From Narcine bancroftii (Eukaryota), in contig NC_091471.1 in assembly GCF_036971445.1 (NCBI RefSeq), forward strand, positions 164,238,001 to 164,302,000: a stretch of DNA of 64,000 nt, in the 5' to 3' direction. The number at the start of each line of letters is the position of its first letter. Position 1 is the stretch's first letter. A program made the position numbers and the translations under genes. The notes beneath the pieces were generated by a model. It saw only the letters and a list, made by a program, of their open reading frames with translations, was not told the origin of the DNA and did not search any database. Below are positions 37,841 to 51,097 of the stretch, piece by piece.

Positions 37841-38254
37841 ACAGTTAACAAGTCTGGGATCCTCCGTTAGAATGAGCTGATGGAGGGTTCAGGACCTCAT
37901 ATTCAGCCAGACTTATGTAGAGGTGGCCTTCACCTTCCCTCTATCAAACCACAAGTCAATTATGCTCATTTCAAGACATTATGAGTGTAGAAGGAGGAAA
38001 AGAAAATTTATTTTTTTCATAAATAAATGACAAATAGGTTTGACTCAAATAAACTGAAGAGCACTCGCAGGGAGAAAAGTAACAGAAGGAAAATTAACAA
38101 CAGAAACTAAGTTCTTGATATCTGCTTTCATAATTTACCATTCAATATCACAGTAATAAACCTATTGTTTTATGCATGTTTAATTGGAGTATAAATGAAG
38201 TTTCATTCCCAGTAATAAATACTTAAATAACAATCCACTTCACTCGGAGAGCTA

Positions 38255-38580
38255 AAGAGGACCTTGCATTTCTCTGAAAATTTTGCGAAGCTCAGAATCT
38301 CCTGAAGATCTGAACAGTGAGAAATGAATTTTTGTCATCTAGTTTTAGAGCAAGTTGAGAGAAACAAGCTCTTTCAAGGAACATTGATAATGACTGGATA
38401 ATCTGTTCACACGACATTGATTTGAGGAGAGCAGTGATAACTCTTGCCCTCTTCAACAGAATGGTGCAGGGGGATTTTTTTTAAAACCATCAGTTCTGAA
38501 GGCCAAACAGAGCTTTGGAGGATGGATTCATTCAAGGAACAACACCATGCAGAGCACAGCAGTCTCTCAGTGCAACACGA
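38255..38580 (-). mobile_element. Deu-domain SINE (SacSINE1-like), degraded
   Basis: Reverse Deu core: ataatgactggataatctgtt...ataactcttgccctcttcaacagaatggtgcaggggatttttt...gcacagcagtctctcagtgca. Confidence 0.55.
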
Positions 38581-39384
38581 GGGAACAAGCCTTGAGCTGT
38601 GCAAATGTTTCTTGGCTGGATCTTAACACAAAATCTTTTTCCTACGTGGAGATTGGGGTTGAACCTTGGCTCAACATGAATTCTGGCCTTGAGGCAAAGT
38701 GGCACTGGACTAGTAGAACCTTTTGGATGCCTTTACAGGGCAAACAAAGGAAATAAAATATGCATTTTGTGTACTGGACTCTTGTAGTGGAGGTTCTTCA
38801 GTGATGAAATAGTGCAAGGTTATTTTGTGTCAGTGATTCTAAGGTCATGCAAATATCTTGAAGAAAGTTAGTCTTTGACAAAAGATAGGTGAAATCTGAA
38901 TGTGATCCCTCACAGGTACACTGAGATGGAACTGTATTCAAACAATGATCAGGACATGAAATTAAGTTGCTGATTAGAATCAAGTCACAAATATTTGCAC
39001 CAGGTTCCTCACAAGAAAGTAATCAACACCTGGAGAGAGTAATAGAAAGAGAAATCATGAAACTAATTAATAATCTATTACAATCCAATGACCATGGCCA
39101 GAGAACCTGCTTGTATGTTATCTGAAGGTAATTATTGCTATCTTCAGGATTCCAATCTTCAGCTTTCTAGCGACCCAATACCATGTAAACTACCCAGTGG
39201 AACTAATGGTTATGTTTATACCCATAGGTCTGCTGACAATCCAAGGTCTTTCTGCTATCTACAGGATAAAAGCTGGAAGTGTGACAGAATAGACTCCACT
39301 TTCTTGAATAAGTGCAGTGCCAATAAATTCCAGGAAGCTCTATTTTGGTTGTGTTGGTTCAAGGTAGTCGATGAGGTCAATGTG

Positions 39385-40110
39385 GGAACAAAACAAGAAA
39401 ATCTGCAGATGCTGGGGTTGAGTTTAATGCACATTAGTGCTGGAGAGACTCAGCAGGTTACACAGCATCCATAGACAGTCAACATTTCGGGCTTGAACCC
39501 TTCATCAAGAATCTGGAAAAAATAGGTGAACACCAGAATAAAAGGCAGAGATGAGGGAGGAAGAGGCCTGGGGAGAAGTACAGGTTAATGGGTAATGGGG
39601 GGATAGAGGTGAGGAAGTAGATTAGCAAGATTTCGAGGTGATAGGGAGAGGGCTAAGGGTAGCTCTCTAACAGGAGAAGGAAGGGAAGTGGTAGGAGCTA
39701 AAGAAAGGAGATATAAATGTAGGGAAAGAGAGAGAGAGACTGCAGGAAGAGTTATAAGAGAAATTGGAAAAATCATTATTAATACTGTCTCATTGGAGAC
39801 TGCTGAGATGAAACATGAGGTGTTGTTCCTCCGATTTGATTTGGCAGTACGAGGCCATGGACAGACATGTCGGTGTGGCAGTGGCATATGGTATTAAAAT
39901 GGTTGGCCACTGAAAGGTCCTTGCTGGTACAGCAGACAAAGCTCAATGTAGGTGTTCAATGAAGTGATCTCCCAATCAGCGTCCAGTCTCTCAGATGAAA
40001 AGGAAACCATATATAGAGTACCAGATGCAGTAAATAACCATAACAGGTGAAGTATTGCTTTACTTGGAATAATTCTTTAGGATATTGAGTATTGGTGAGG
40101 TACGAAGTAC
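39385..40110 (-). mobile_element. Penelope-like element remnant (GIY-YIG C-terminus and terminal repeat region)
   Basis: Minus strand tactgcatctggtactctatatatggtttcc...gagagactggacgctgattgggagatcacttcattgaacaccta (degenerate YIGETGRRLGDRF.EHL); NTSCFISAVSN; terminal ctgcagatgctgg...tgctggagagactcagcagg. Confidence 0.75.
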
Positions 40111-40124
40111 AAATGTAGGAACTA

Positions 40125-40390
40125 CAGGCTCCTCCAGAGATGGGGAAGGTGACAGCAGTACAAACGGAAGAGTATGTAGCTTGTCAGGAGGTCAATTCCT
40201 TCCACAGCCCACGTAGTCATTTTCTGCTATCATTGTATTGATTTTGGCACACTGGCTTCACCGTCATCATGGAAACAAGCCAACACTATGCATCAGTGCA
40301 GAAATTGGCATCTCAAAGCTTTTCTTCGCTCCTCCTGGTCATCTCTTTCTTTGACAGAGCTCAGATAGGACCATCTGTTTTGGAAATCCG
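40125..40390 (-). mobile_element. Old RTE-like 3' fragment of a different, diverged family
   Basis: Minus translation KQMVLSELCQRKR*PGGAKKSF resembles the RTE K..LY.EL..G.R..G...K motif. Confidence 0.5.
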
Positions 40391-40921
40391 GTGTTAAGAG
40401 GGGGAAGGATGAGCTGATCGAGTGTAACTACAAAATTGTGGCACAATATACAAATGTGCTAGAGAAACACAGCAAGTTGCATAATGCAACTATAAAGGAA
40501 AACCAATGTTTCATCAGGAATACGGTGTCTATTTTACTGGTCTCCCTTTTCCTCCTCTGCTCTCCATTCTTGGAGAAAGATGTGACTTTCAGAAAAACAT
40601 AATGAGGATAGAGAAGCCAAAGAAAGACAAGAATGGGAGCAGGAAATATAGCAATTAATGGATCATGCATGAAACGCACCACATTTTTCTTCCAGTGAGA
40701 AATGCTGCAGAATATTAGAGGAGTGTAAAATGAACAAAATATTTCAGAATATATTGGATATTATCACAGGGAGGGAGGATTACAATGGACTAAATTCCTT
40801 TCATTATCTGTAATTGTGATGAATGATAAAGTACACTCACACGTGGGTTATCATTAAGAAATCAGAAGGCAGAAACAACTCCATTCTACTCACATGGACA
40901 AGTTATAAACTACATACCAAT

Positions 40922-41135
40922 GGCATGGTTAGTGCCATGCTATTCAGTGCCAGCAGCCCAGGTTGAAATCTAGCGCCGTCTGTAATGAGTTTCTACATTC
41001 TCCCTGCCTCTGCCTGGATTTCCTCCAGATGATCTGGTTTTCCCCCCTCCCTTCATAAAAGTCCGGGGGACTGTAGATTAATTAGGGTATTTGGGCACAT
41101 GGCCTCATGGACCTGTTCCCGTGCTGTATGTCTAA
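40922..41135 (+). mobile_element. V-SINE followed by (TA)n
   Basis: ggttagtgccatgctattcagtgccagcagcccaggttgaaatc...gtctgtaatgagtttctacattctccc...ttcctccagatgatctggtttt. Confidence 0.78.
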
Positions 41136-42074
41136 ATTTAAAAATATATATATATATATATATATAACCAAATGCCATGGTAAGAATGCCACAAGACGGT
41201 TTTGTCACATAATAATTTGATGTAAAAACTATAATAAACTGAAGGTGAGAGAGTTATCATTCTTGCTGTTGATGACTGAAACACTTGGGCACATATATTA
41301 AAAAAAACCTAAAAATTGCCATCTAATTTCTGCACTGCTGCATAATATTGGGACATTTCCGTGATAATAGTGTGGCGAGTTGGCCAATCCAACACACCAC
41401 CTCCAAAATTGCACACTGTCGTTTATCAACAAATAGTCCCTCATCTTAGCTCTGCAAATGTAGATTTATCCTAATGTGCAAACAACATTAAATATCTTCA
41501 GCACCATGAATGATGGATTGAATGATCCAAAATTATGCAATAATAACCAGCCTGCAACAATGCAACATTTCAGACAAGAGGCAGAGGTGATTTCAGATTT
41601 GGCGATGGGGCCAGAAATAGATGGCATGACATGCCCAGGCTTGGGAAGGACAGTCACACCATTCAGTACATTGTGGTTGTCATGGTTTTGGTCTCACCTC
41701 CAATTCCTCCTGATGCCCATAGGAGCATTTGATTAAAGAAACTCGTGTAACACTGATCTGCATTTCTTCAGCTTTGGCCTTCACTTATTCATGGTTCATG
41801 ACATTTCTGGCATTTATTGTCAATCTCTGAACTGAGGAATCTTTGAGAGTCAGTCACATATCAGATTAACCAGCTGAGGTTGGTGGACTCAACAAGGAAC
41901 CAAAGAACACTGGAGCAGGAGTTAGCCAGTCATCCCTGAAAGCCTTCCCTGCTCTTCAGTGTGATCATGGCTGACATGATCTCATTTCCTTTTCTATATC
42001 CATTCCCCATTGTCCTCAATTGCTTGAGCATCCTCTCCACAGATGTTCTTAAATATTTCCATTTTAAATGAATG

Positions 42075-42545
42075 CCATTAGTGGGTGTGGAAGGGATCTT
42101 GGTGAGTGGCTCCAGTGCATCCTGCAGATTGTACAACTCCTGGTGCTGTGCATTGATGGTAGAGTGAGTGAATGGCTGTCAATAGGGTTCATTCATTGTG
42201 TTGAGATTCATGAGTGTCATTGAAGCTGCACTCATTGTCGCAACAGGAAAGTTAAGAGGTGTTGGATTCAGTGAGAGTGATGTCATTGAATTCCAGGAGG
42301 TATGAGCTGGATATTCCCTTGTAACATGTCATCATTGTCCAGCATGGATATTACTGGCCACTGATCAGCCCCAGCCTGGATATTGTCCAGGTCTTAGTTA
42401 CCCAAGAATTCATGATTGCGACATTGTGGGATCCGCATCAACCATCCCTATTTCTGACCTTAGAATTAAAAGAAGGTCATTGATGGAGTGACTGGAGGTT
42501 GGGCCCAAAGCGCTCACCTGAGGAACTCGTACAGAGATGGCCTGC
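42075..42545 (-). mobile_element. Old CR1/L2-superclade LINE fragment
   Basis: tccagtgcatcctgcagattgtaca...gagtgtcattgaagctgcactcat...cctgaggaactc (reverse of GVPQG); same family as 56275-56900. Confidence 0.5.
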
Positions 42546-43039
42546 AATAAAGCCAAACTGTTTTCTATTTAATTGCCTGCATGTTAACCTTAAAGTCCCC
42601 CAGATATGAATACATTTTTGCCCCATCAGAGTCAATTACCTCACATTATTCCGTTATGTTCTATCACCCACATTGTTGGCTCTTTATATTCCCCTGAAGC
42701 CCTTCTGCATCCTCCTCATAACCCACACTCTCTATTAACTTTGTAACATCACTAGAATTGGATATATTATGATTGATTGCTGGAGAGTGAGAACAGCCCA
42801 GACCAGCATGGATCCCTTGGCCATCTTACTGTCACAGCTTTCCAAGCCAAAACAAAAAGACTATTTAATTCTGCTGATCTTGTCCATTATCTATTTATTA
42901 ATTCCTGTCAGCATATTCCTTTCCCATTGCACCCTGCAATTTTGTTCTATTATCTCTGGTGCAGCAACCTATCAAAGACCCTTTGAAAGTCCAAATAAAT
43001 GAACAATTGGTTCATCATTATCTTTTCTGCTAGTTATAT

Positions 43040-43450
43040 AGAACAGAGGAACAGGGCCTTCTGCTCACATGTCTATGGCAAAAATGACATCCAAGTTAAA
43101 ATAACACTGCTGCTTGCAAATGCCACATTTTCCTAGCATTCCCTGTATCTTTCTGTGACTGTCTAAAATCTTCTTAAATGTTCCTATTGTATCTGCTTCC
43201 TCCACTACCCCTGGCACTCACTCCTCTTGCTGTAAGAAATTTGTCCCACACCACACATTTCCCTTAAACTTTCCCCCCATCACTTTAAACGCCTGTCCTC
43301 CTGTATGTGATACTTTACTCTAGGAGAATAATTCTGTTTGTCTATCCTATCAATGCCTCCCCTAATTTTATAAACTTCCATTGGGTCTCCTCTCAGCCTC
43401 AGCTCCAGAGAAAACAACCCAAGTTTGTCCAACCTCCCCTTATAGCTCAA
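43040..43450 (-). mobile_element. CR1 3' fragment
   Basis: cccttaaactttccccccatcactttaaac...ctccagagaaaacaacccaagtttgtccaacctccccttatagct. Confidence 0.78.
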
Positions 43451-45586
43451 TCACAGAACAAAATTTGTGTCTAATTTGTCTGAAATTCTAGAAAAGCTAG
43501 AGCATGTACAGAAAAAAGGAAATAAAATGAGTACAATTGCAATAAAAAAATAGGAAATAGTTGAATAAATATTAATATCAGGTTCAATTTATTGATGCTT
43601 TTATCGAAACCAAAAGTATCTCAAGAATTAACATTTGTTTTAGATAATATAAGAACAAATTAAGAGAGAAAAAATAAAATATTTCAAGCTTCAAATGTTA
43701 ATTATACACTATTTACTTACTTATCATGTACTTGTAATTTATACCATGGTGTTCTGTGCAATATTAGGTACTAGCATACAGCCTGGTAGAGAAACGTTAA
43801 ACTGCTCAGCCTATGTAGCTTCAAGGTACATATTTCTCAGAAATTAGCCCAAGCCTCTCAAAGGAACTGGCTTTAATTGGAATACATGAGCAATGTAATT
43901 CAGTACAGAGCCAAAAATTTCTGCGATTAATATATCTGGAGGGAAATAACTAGGTCTTAATTGGAAGGATTTGGGCACAGACACAGTGGTAAATCATAGC
44001 TCTTGTGCACAACTGAACCCAATCTATAGACTGATCAGTCACTATGATAAATCTTGGGCAAACAAATATAACATTGATTGCAATAGTTCCAGAGAATTTG
44101 AAAAACTTATTGCTTAAAGACCCATTATATTCAAGCACAAAATTATTTCAAATTATTCACAACATAATCTTTCAATAAATGTTGTGAAATAAATTACTTT
44201 CATAATAACTCAGTAAAAAAATAAATTGGAATTGTCTTGTATAACAACAGAGGCTTACAAAATCTTCTTTTAACTGCAATATTGTTAATCGACAACCTGC
44301 ATTATTCAACCAGCCATAGATTAGGGTTTGAACACATGATCTACTGTCTCTACAAGTTTCTGCAAGAAGATCAGCCCATTTGTCAACTATTTGACCCTCT
44401 TCTAACATATTTCTGGTCAATATGTGACCCGACTCCAGTAATGTGTCTTTTCCCTTGTCGTTCTATGATTATGAATCTTTACAATGAAATCAGCCCCAGT
44501 TGACTTAAAATTCCAAGGGATACTGGAATTTCTACTTAAGTGTAAATCTGAACTTCATTCTCTCCAAAACCAATGCATTATTTCTCAGGTGCAGTACCCA
44601 TAAATACTCACTTATCCCTGTTGTGATGTCAACTTAACTTATCATAACCATCCCTCAAGCAAATGGCATTGACCAGTGTCTATATTCTGAAAGACATGTG
44701 CTGCACTATAAAAGAGAATTGAGGTCATAGTTGAGTGGAACAATGGTCCTAAATCTAAGTGAAACAACTGTAAAGGAATGAGGTATGAATTGTGTATGCT
44801 ACACTGCGCAACCATAGTAACAGGTACGACCATAATCAAGCAGCGTCTAAAGAATTAATACAAGATGTATCTGGAATATATGCATGTTTCTCTCCACATA
44901 TGCTGTCTGACCTGCTGAGTATTTACAACACATTCTTTCATTTTAGCTTTCAGCAGATGTTAGATTTTTGATCATTAATTTTATATTACAGTGAAATCAT
45001 TTCAATCCTCTTGTGCTCCAGTCTACTAAAAATAAAAGTCAGTTTTTCTTTAGTCGTATTTTTGGAACCCAGATCTTGCACGGCCTCCTTAGTCTTAAAG
45101 GGTCTCCAATGAACCACACCCACCTCAATCCAGCACAAAAGAAAGGGGCCTGATAATTGAACAGCTTTCATGGGCACTTTAATTTGGAAGAAGCAACAAA
45201 TGTAGTGGTTCACAGTGGAGCAATTTAAATAGAAGGACAGCAGGGAATCAAATGGTGTTAAAAAACCCATTGCAACTTGAAAGAAGCCAGCAGAGATTTG
45301 CAGAAGATGCATTGCATTATAAATTGAAGTTGTGCTTGTGCAAAAAAATACAATATGCAAAGTGTACGTTGATATCAAAGCACTATCTGATCAGATGACA
45401 CATGGGAAGTTTGCTGACAGAACTAAGTAGCATGGAGTCATAGAGTAATACAGCACAGAAACAGATCTTAATAATCATATTGCCCAATTTAAGATGGTCC
45501 CATTTGCCTGCACTTGGTCCATATTCTTCTAACTCTTTCCTATCCATGGAACTGTTCAAATGACTTTTAAATCAACATTTCAACAC

Positions 45587-46420
45587 TGTAGAGGAGGTGC
45601 TGCCACTGGTGCAGACCTGTGGGGAGTTGCTGCTCTTCCACAGGGTCTAGTCACCCGGTCAACCACTGTCAGCTCCGCACAGGCTTTAATCAGCCCACTC
45701 ATGGAGCTGACGGTAGTTTTAGTTGAAATCCCGCAACTGTGGGTCTGCACCAAAGATGGCAGCGCCTATTAATCGGTAGAGCCACAAGGGGCTGCAAACC
45801 CGAGGGAAGCGGAGGACTGGAGCAGGGCACCAGAGGATGGAAAGATCACACCTCATCTGAGAAGGAGAAGTGGAGGAAATGACCCGCAGGGACAGGGAAC
45901 ATGGTGGAGTACCAGTGAGGGGTTTCCTCCGGCTGAGGTCCACCGCATGCGGCGGGCTGCTGGCAACTTGAGACAAGGAACCTGTGAAGCCATGGGCTGC
46001 TGGAGACTCCAGTCAGGGAATTTGCGCTGGGCTTCGGACTGCTGGAGACTGGCTCGAACTGGCTGGAGGAGTACCAGGTATTGGAACTAGGATGCGAGGA
46101 GGTGCCAAGGATACTGAAGGGTTCCTGACTGTGTTGGTTCAGATCTGGAGCTCTGGTTGCCAATTGTTTGGACTGGACTCTGTGTGGCTGTGGGGGCTAC
46201 AGAAATGCAGGAGGCAAATTTACAAACACTTGGTGACTCTGGGAGAACTCTATTTTGCTTCTCTCTCTCTCTCTGATTGCAAGTCTGACTGTAAGGACTG
46301 TAAGAGGCGCTTAGATAATTCCTTCCAGTGGTGAATCTGTCTACATTGCAGCAGGCCAAAAAGAAATTTCATGTAATATGACACTGTTTTATTATTATTA
46401 CAATAAATTGAATCTTGAAA
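45587..46420 (+). repeat. Unclassified GC-rich interspersed repeat family A, longest copy
   Basis: Contains ccaaagatggcagcgcc; ends aataaattgaatcttgaaatctt; homologous blocks at 8300-8708 and 51098-51860. Confidence 0.7.
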
Positions 46421-46442
46421 TCTTCAAATTCTACTCATAAGA

Positions 46443-48010
46443 GCATAAGCTATAGAAGCAGAAACAGTCTATTCAACTAATTGAGACTGCCCCATCATTT
46501 AATCATCACCATATCCATTTTCACACTCATCACCACCACCCAGCTTTCTTCCTATAACCTGTGATGCCCTGGCTAATCAATAATCTATCAATCTCTGCCT
46601 TAAATACATCCAATGACCTGGCCCCCACAACCGCCTGAGGCAACAAATTCCACAGAGTTATCACTTTCTGGCTGAAGAAAACTCCATGCATCTCTGTTCT
46701 AATCAGATATCTTTCAATCATGGAAGTTGTGCCCTCTTTCCTGGACTCTCCCACCATGGAAAACATTTCTACATCTACTCTGTCCATGCTTTTCAACATT
46801 CAAAATGTTTCAATTAGATCCCCCCCTCCTTTTCCTAAATGTCAATGCACAGGCCAAGAGTAGTTAAATGCTCCTCGTATGATAACTTTTAATTTCCACA
46901 ATCGTCCTTGTGAACATCCTCTAAACTCTCTTGAATGTCAGCACATCCTTTCTTAAATAAGGAGCCCAAAAATGCTCACAATACTCCGTGAGGACTCACC
47001 AGTGCCTTAATAAAGCCTCAACATCACATCTCTGCTCTTGCATTCTACTAATCTTGAAATGAATGCCAGCTTTGCAGATGCCTTCTTCACTATCGTCTTA
47101 ACATGTAAGTTTACCTTCAGGCTATCTTGCATGAGGACTCCCAGTACCCTTTGCATCAGGGTATGTTCAATTTTCTCCCCATTTATATTTTAAAAATTGT
47201 CTCATCATTATTTTCTATCAAAGTGCATGACCATACACTTTCTGACATTATATTTCATTTGCCACTTTTCTGTCCATTTTCCTGATTTGTCTATTCTTCT
47301 GCAGCCTTTCAGTTTCCTCAACACTACCTGCTTCTCACCTCCCTTCATATCATCTGAAAACTTGGCTATAAAGTCATTCATTCATTCATCCAAATTATTA
47401 CCATGCAACATAAAATGAAGTGACTCGACCACCAACCAGAATAGGATCCCTGTATTCCAACTCTCTGCTTCCTGTCAATCAGCCAATGCTTTACCATCGT
47501 TAGTATGTTTTCTGTTATAGCATGGAATCTTATCTTGTTAAAGCAGCCTCATATGCACAACATCCACTGCATCTCTTTCATCCAGCCTGCTTGTTATTTC
47601 TTCAAAGAATTCCAATAGGTTTGTCAAGCAAGATCTTCCCTGCAGAAAACCATACTGGTTTTCTTGTCATGTGCTTTCAAGTACTCTGTAACCTCATTGA
47701 CTCAAACATCTTTCCAACCATTGATATCAGGCTAATCGGTCTATCAATTTCCTTTTAGCTACCTCCCTCCAATAATGGGGTGGCATTTGTGATTTTCTAG
47801 TCCTCCAGGACCATACCATAATCTATTGATGCTTGAAAGATCATTATCAATGCCTCTACAATCTCTTCTTTCAGAACCCAAGGGTGTAATCCATCTGGTC
47901 CAGGAGACTCATCCACCATTGGACCATTCAAGTTTCTTAGCTCTTTCTCCCTTGAAATAGTAACTGCACTCAGTTCCCATCGGTGCTGATATCTAGCACA
48001 CTGCTAATGT
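46443..48010 (-). mobile_element. CR1 LINE, decayed RT and 3' end
   Basis: FFSQKVITLWNLLPQAVVGARSLDVFKAEIDRLL; tcaaagaattccaataggtttgtcaagc (reverse of CLTNLLEFFE); ccatctggtccaggagac (reverse of SPGPDG). Confidence 0.88.
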
Positions 48011-48764
48011 CTTGCACTTTTATTGACAACTCTTTCTATTTATGTACCACCCTCTGTGTGAAAATGTTGCCCCCTTGGTCCCTTTTGAATCTCCCTTTCC
48101 CCTCACCCTAGCTTAACCCTGGTTGTTAGACTCACCTCACCTGAGGAAATGACAGTGATAATTCACTATATGTATTCACCTCATTTTATTTACCTCTATG
48201 AGGTTATCGCTCAGCCTCCGATATTACAGAGAATAAAAGGCTCCAAGCCTATCCAGCCTCTCCCTTTAATTCTGGAAACATTCTTGTGCATCCTTTTTGT
48301 ACCCTTTCCAATTGAATGACAGATTTCCTTGTACACCTTTAAATTGATGTCACACCTTCTGTACACAATGCAATGATCAATGAAAGCCAGGACAGAACTG
48401 CCAAAGGAAGATGTAGATCTTCTAAAGGATTCCCAAAGGAAGAAGTGGGGTCAATTATATTCTTTAAAAGACATTTAGACCAGCAAGTGGACAGGAAAGA
48501 TTTAAAGGGATAAGTGTCAAACCAAGGCAAACAGAACTCACTCAGATAGACAATTTGGTTTGCATTTTTGGGTTGAATGGTCTGTTTCCATTGTATTGCT
48601 CCCTGATTTGCTCTTCAGGTGGGGTACTGAAGAGATGGTGGGGGAGGGGGTCATAAGTCAAAGAATCAATAGGAATTTGCCTCCTTCTTTGACACCAAGC
48701 CACCAGACCCTTGATCACTTTCCTGTATTCCATCTCATCATTATTTGATACCCAGCCCATGACA

Positions 48765-49085
48765 TACTTTTAAAATGTGATCACTGTTGCAATGAAAGAA
48801 ACACAGCCAGCACCCTCAAAGGATCAGCAATTGGAAAACAACCAGATACTCTATTTTTGCAGTGTTGTTTGAGAGATAAACACTGGAGAACTTCAGGGTA
48901 ACTACTCCTCTTTCTTCAGATCTTTTGCAACAATCTGATTGGTAACACAGAGCTTTGGTTTAACATCTTATACAAAAGACTGCACCTCTGACAGTCGCTC
49001 TCCTTCAGTTCTCTCATTCAAGTGTCTGCAAACTCCTAACTTTCCAATCTCGAAGCTACAGCATAACCAACAGAACTGTGGCTGT
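48765..49085 (-). mobile_element. Deu-domain SINE (SacSINE1-like)
   Basis: tcactgttgcaatgaaagaaacacagccagc...accagatactctatttt...gtttgagagataaacactgg...ggtttaacatcttatacaaaagactgcacctctgacagt. Confidence 0.6.
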
Positions 49086-49364
49086 TAGATTAGAACTGGC
49101 TACAACCAACTTCTTTAAAAGGAGGAAACATTGTACATTGGGAGATACTGCAAATTTAGAGATAAGGATTTTCTATTACATAATGTCTTTAATGATTTCA
49201 GAGTGTGTCAAATTGCTTTGTAGTGAGTGATCTAGTTTTGAAGAGTAATCCATGCTCCAATGTAGGATTATATGAAATTTAGGTTAAAATAAATCAGAGA
49301 TGTCAGGGAAAAGTTCTTTTCCACAGACCAGTGAAATGAATATTTATTAACTTATTTATTTTCA

Positions 49365-49560
49365 ACATGGTGGAAGCTATTTCCAGTCCATGAAATTCAT
49401 GTGGCCTAATTACATCCAATTAACCCACTAACCCCATCTGCTTTGGAAAGTGGGGGGAAAACTAGAGCATCCGGAAAAAAATCTGAGCAAGTCAAGGGAA
49501 GAATAGACAAACTCCTTACTGATAGTGGCAGATTCGAACCCATGTTGCTGAGGTGCGTTA
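49365..49560 (-). mobile_element. V-SINE
   Basis: ggggggaaaactagagcatccggaaaaaa...gggaagaatagacaaactccttactgatagtggcagattcgaaccc. Confidence 0.75.
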
Positions 49561-51097
49561 AAGAAAACCACATTGGGGAAGAAAGAAATGGATGGATTTT
49601 TGACAGTGTGACATGGATTCGTGAGGGGAAAGCAGCGGTTTAGTTAATAAACTTCGTCTCTTTCACTATAATCAAGCATTTACCAATGGCACTCATTTGT
49701 CTAAGATTTCCTAAGGATGAGATATATTGTACAGCACAGTATAGATTCAGTACCCAACAGGTTAAGATTTCTGTCTGTCGTGGTTCTATCGAACCCCTGT
49801 TGAAGATTGATGACACAGGTAAGCAAGACTATCGACATGACTTATTACAGTGTTACTGGAGACAGTTGGTGATTTATGGTGAACACACAAATAGGAGCTC
49901 CTTGCCTGCTTCCATGAGCATGCCATCACTCCTTCTTATCAATCAATCACAAATAGGTGAGCAACGAGATTGAAATGGAAGAGAAAGCTCTTCCAACAGC
50001 TGTGACTCTGGTCTATACACCATTCTCACCACACAAGTTTGAAAGAGAACACAACATTTCACCTTCATCTCCAACTATTCTACAACTTGCAGAAAGAAAA
50101 GTGGTAATAGCATCATTACTTCCCTCGGTATGCTCTGACTTGCTCTGAACATATCAGAGAGAGAAATTGCATGGGACAATTTTTGTTGTTTCTTCTTCAC
50201 CCAAGCTTATTACAGGGGGAAAAAGAGAAAGAGACATGCCATTATTGGCTTCTGAATGGATGAAAGTGAAAAATAACATAAGCAAACATATAGCAGATAA
50301 AAATGCATCTGATATCCCTTCCCCTTTACTTTCTCATCAACAATCCAATGGCAGTCCAATGAGGGGCTGGGTCTCGTCAATGGTACAGGTGATTGAGATT
50401 TTGAGACATAAGCTTCAATTTATGGCTGTGCTCCCACATTTAAAAATTTACTCATATTTTAAAATACCCTCAAAATGGACAACAACAAGGGTGTAGTCTC
50501 ATTTTATGTACACCTGCAGCAATCTCCAGAGCGATGTATATTGAAGCCCGTGAAAGGTAAATAACAGAGAGTTCTGTGTGGAGAGAATGAATAATAAACT
50601 ATGTGGACCACAAAAAGACAGGTCTGGAGTAAAAACTCGAATATCAACCTCGTGAAAGTTGCAAATGACACCAACAAAGTAGAGATTTGCTGTTTCATTG
50701 ACACTGTTTTCTGTTTACATCCTAGAGATGACAATAAGTACATTAGAGCAAGCTACATTAGAGGCTTCCCATGGTTCTCTCCGCTTAATTTCATTGAGAT
50801 ACATATTTCAGATCAGGACGCTCACAATTGACTAATAGGCTGCTTAACAGAAAAAGTTTGGCTGATGAACTTCAACACCATTCTAATGTGTCTTGAACTT
50901 CCCTGATTAGTTATTCAAGAATCTCATGTCAGAGATCAAAACAAGAACTCACTCCACAGCAAGAAAATCAGGAGTAAATCTCTGGTTTCATGGTAGAATC
51001 ACATTGTCTAGTACAGAGACCAATCTCACAGAATCAAAGCTGAGAAAATAATTCAATATGAAAGCAATTTTGAGTGGCCAAAGCAACTATGAAAAAA

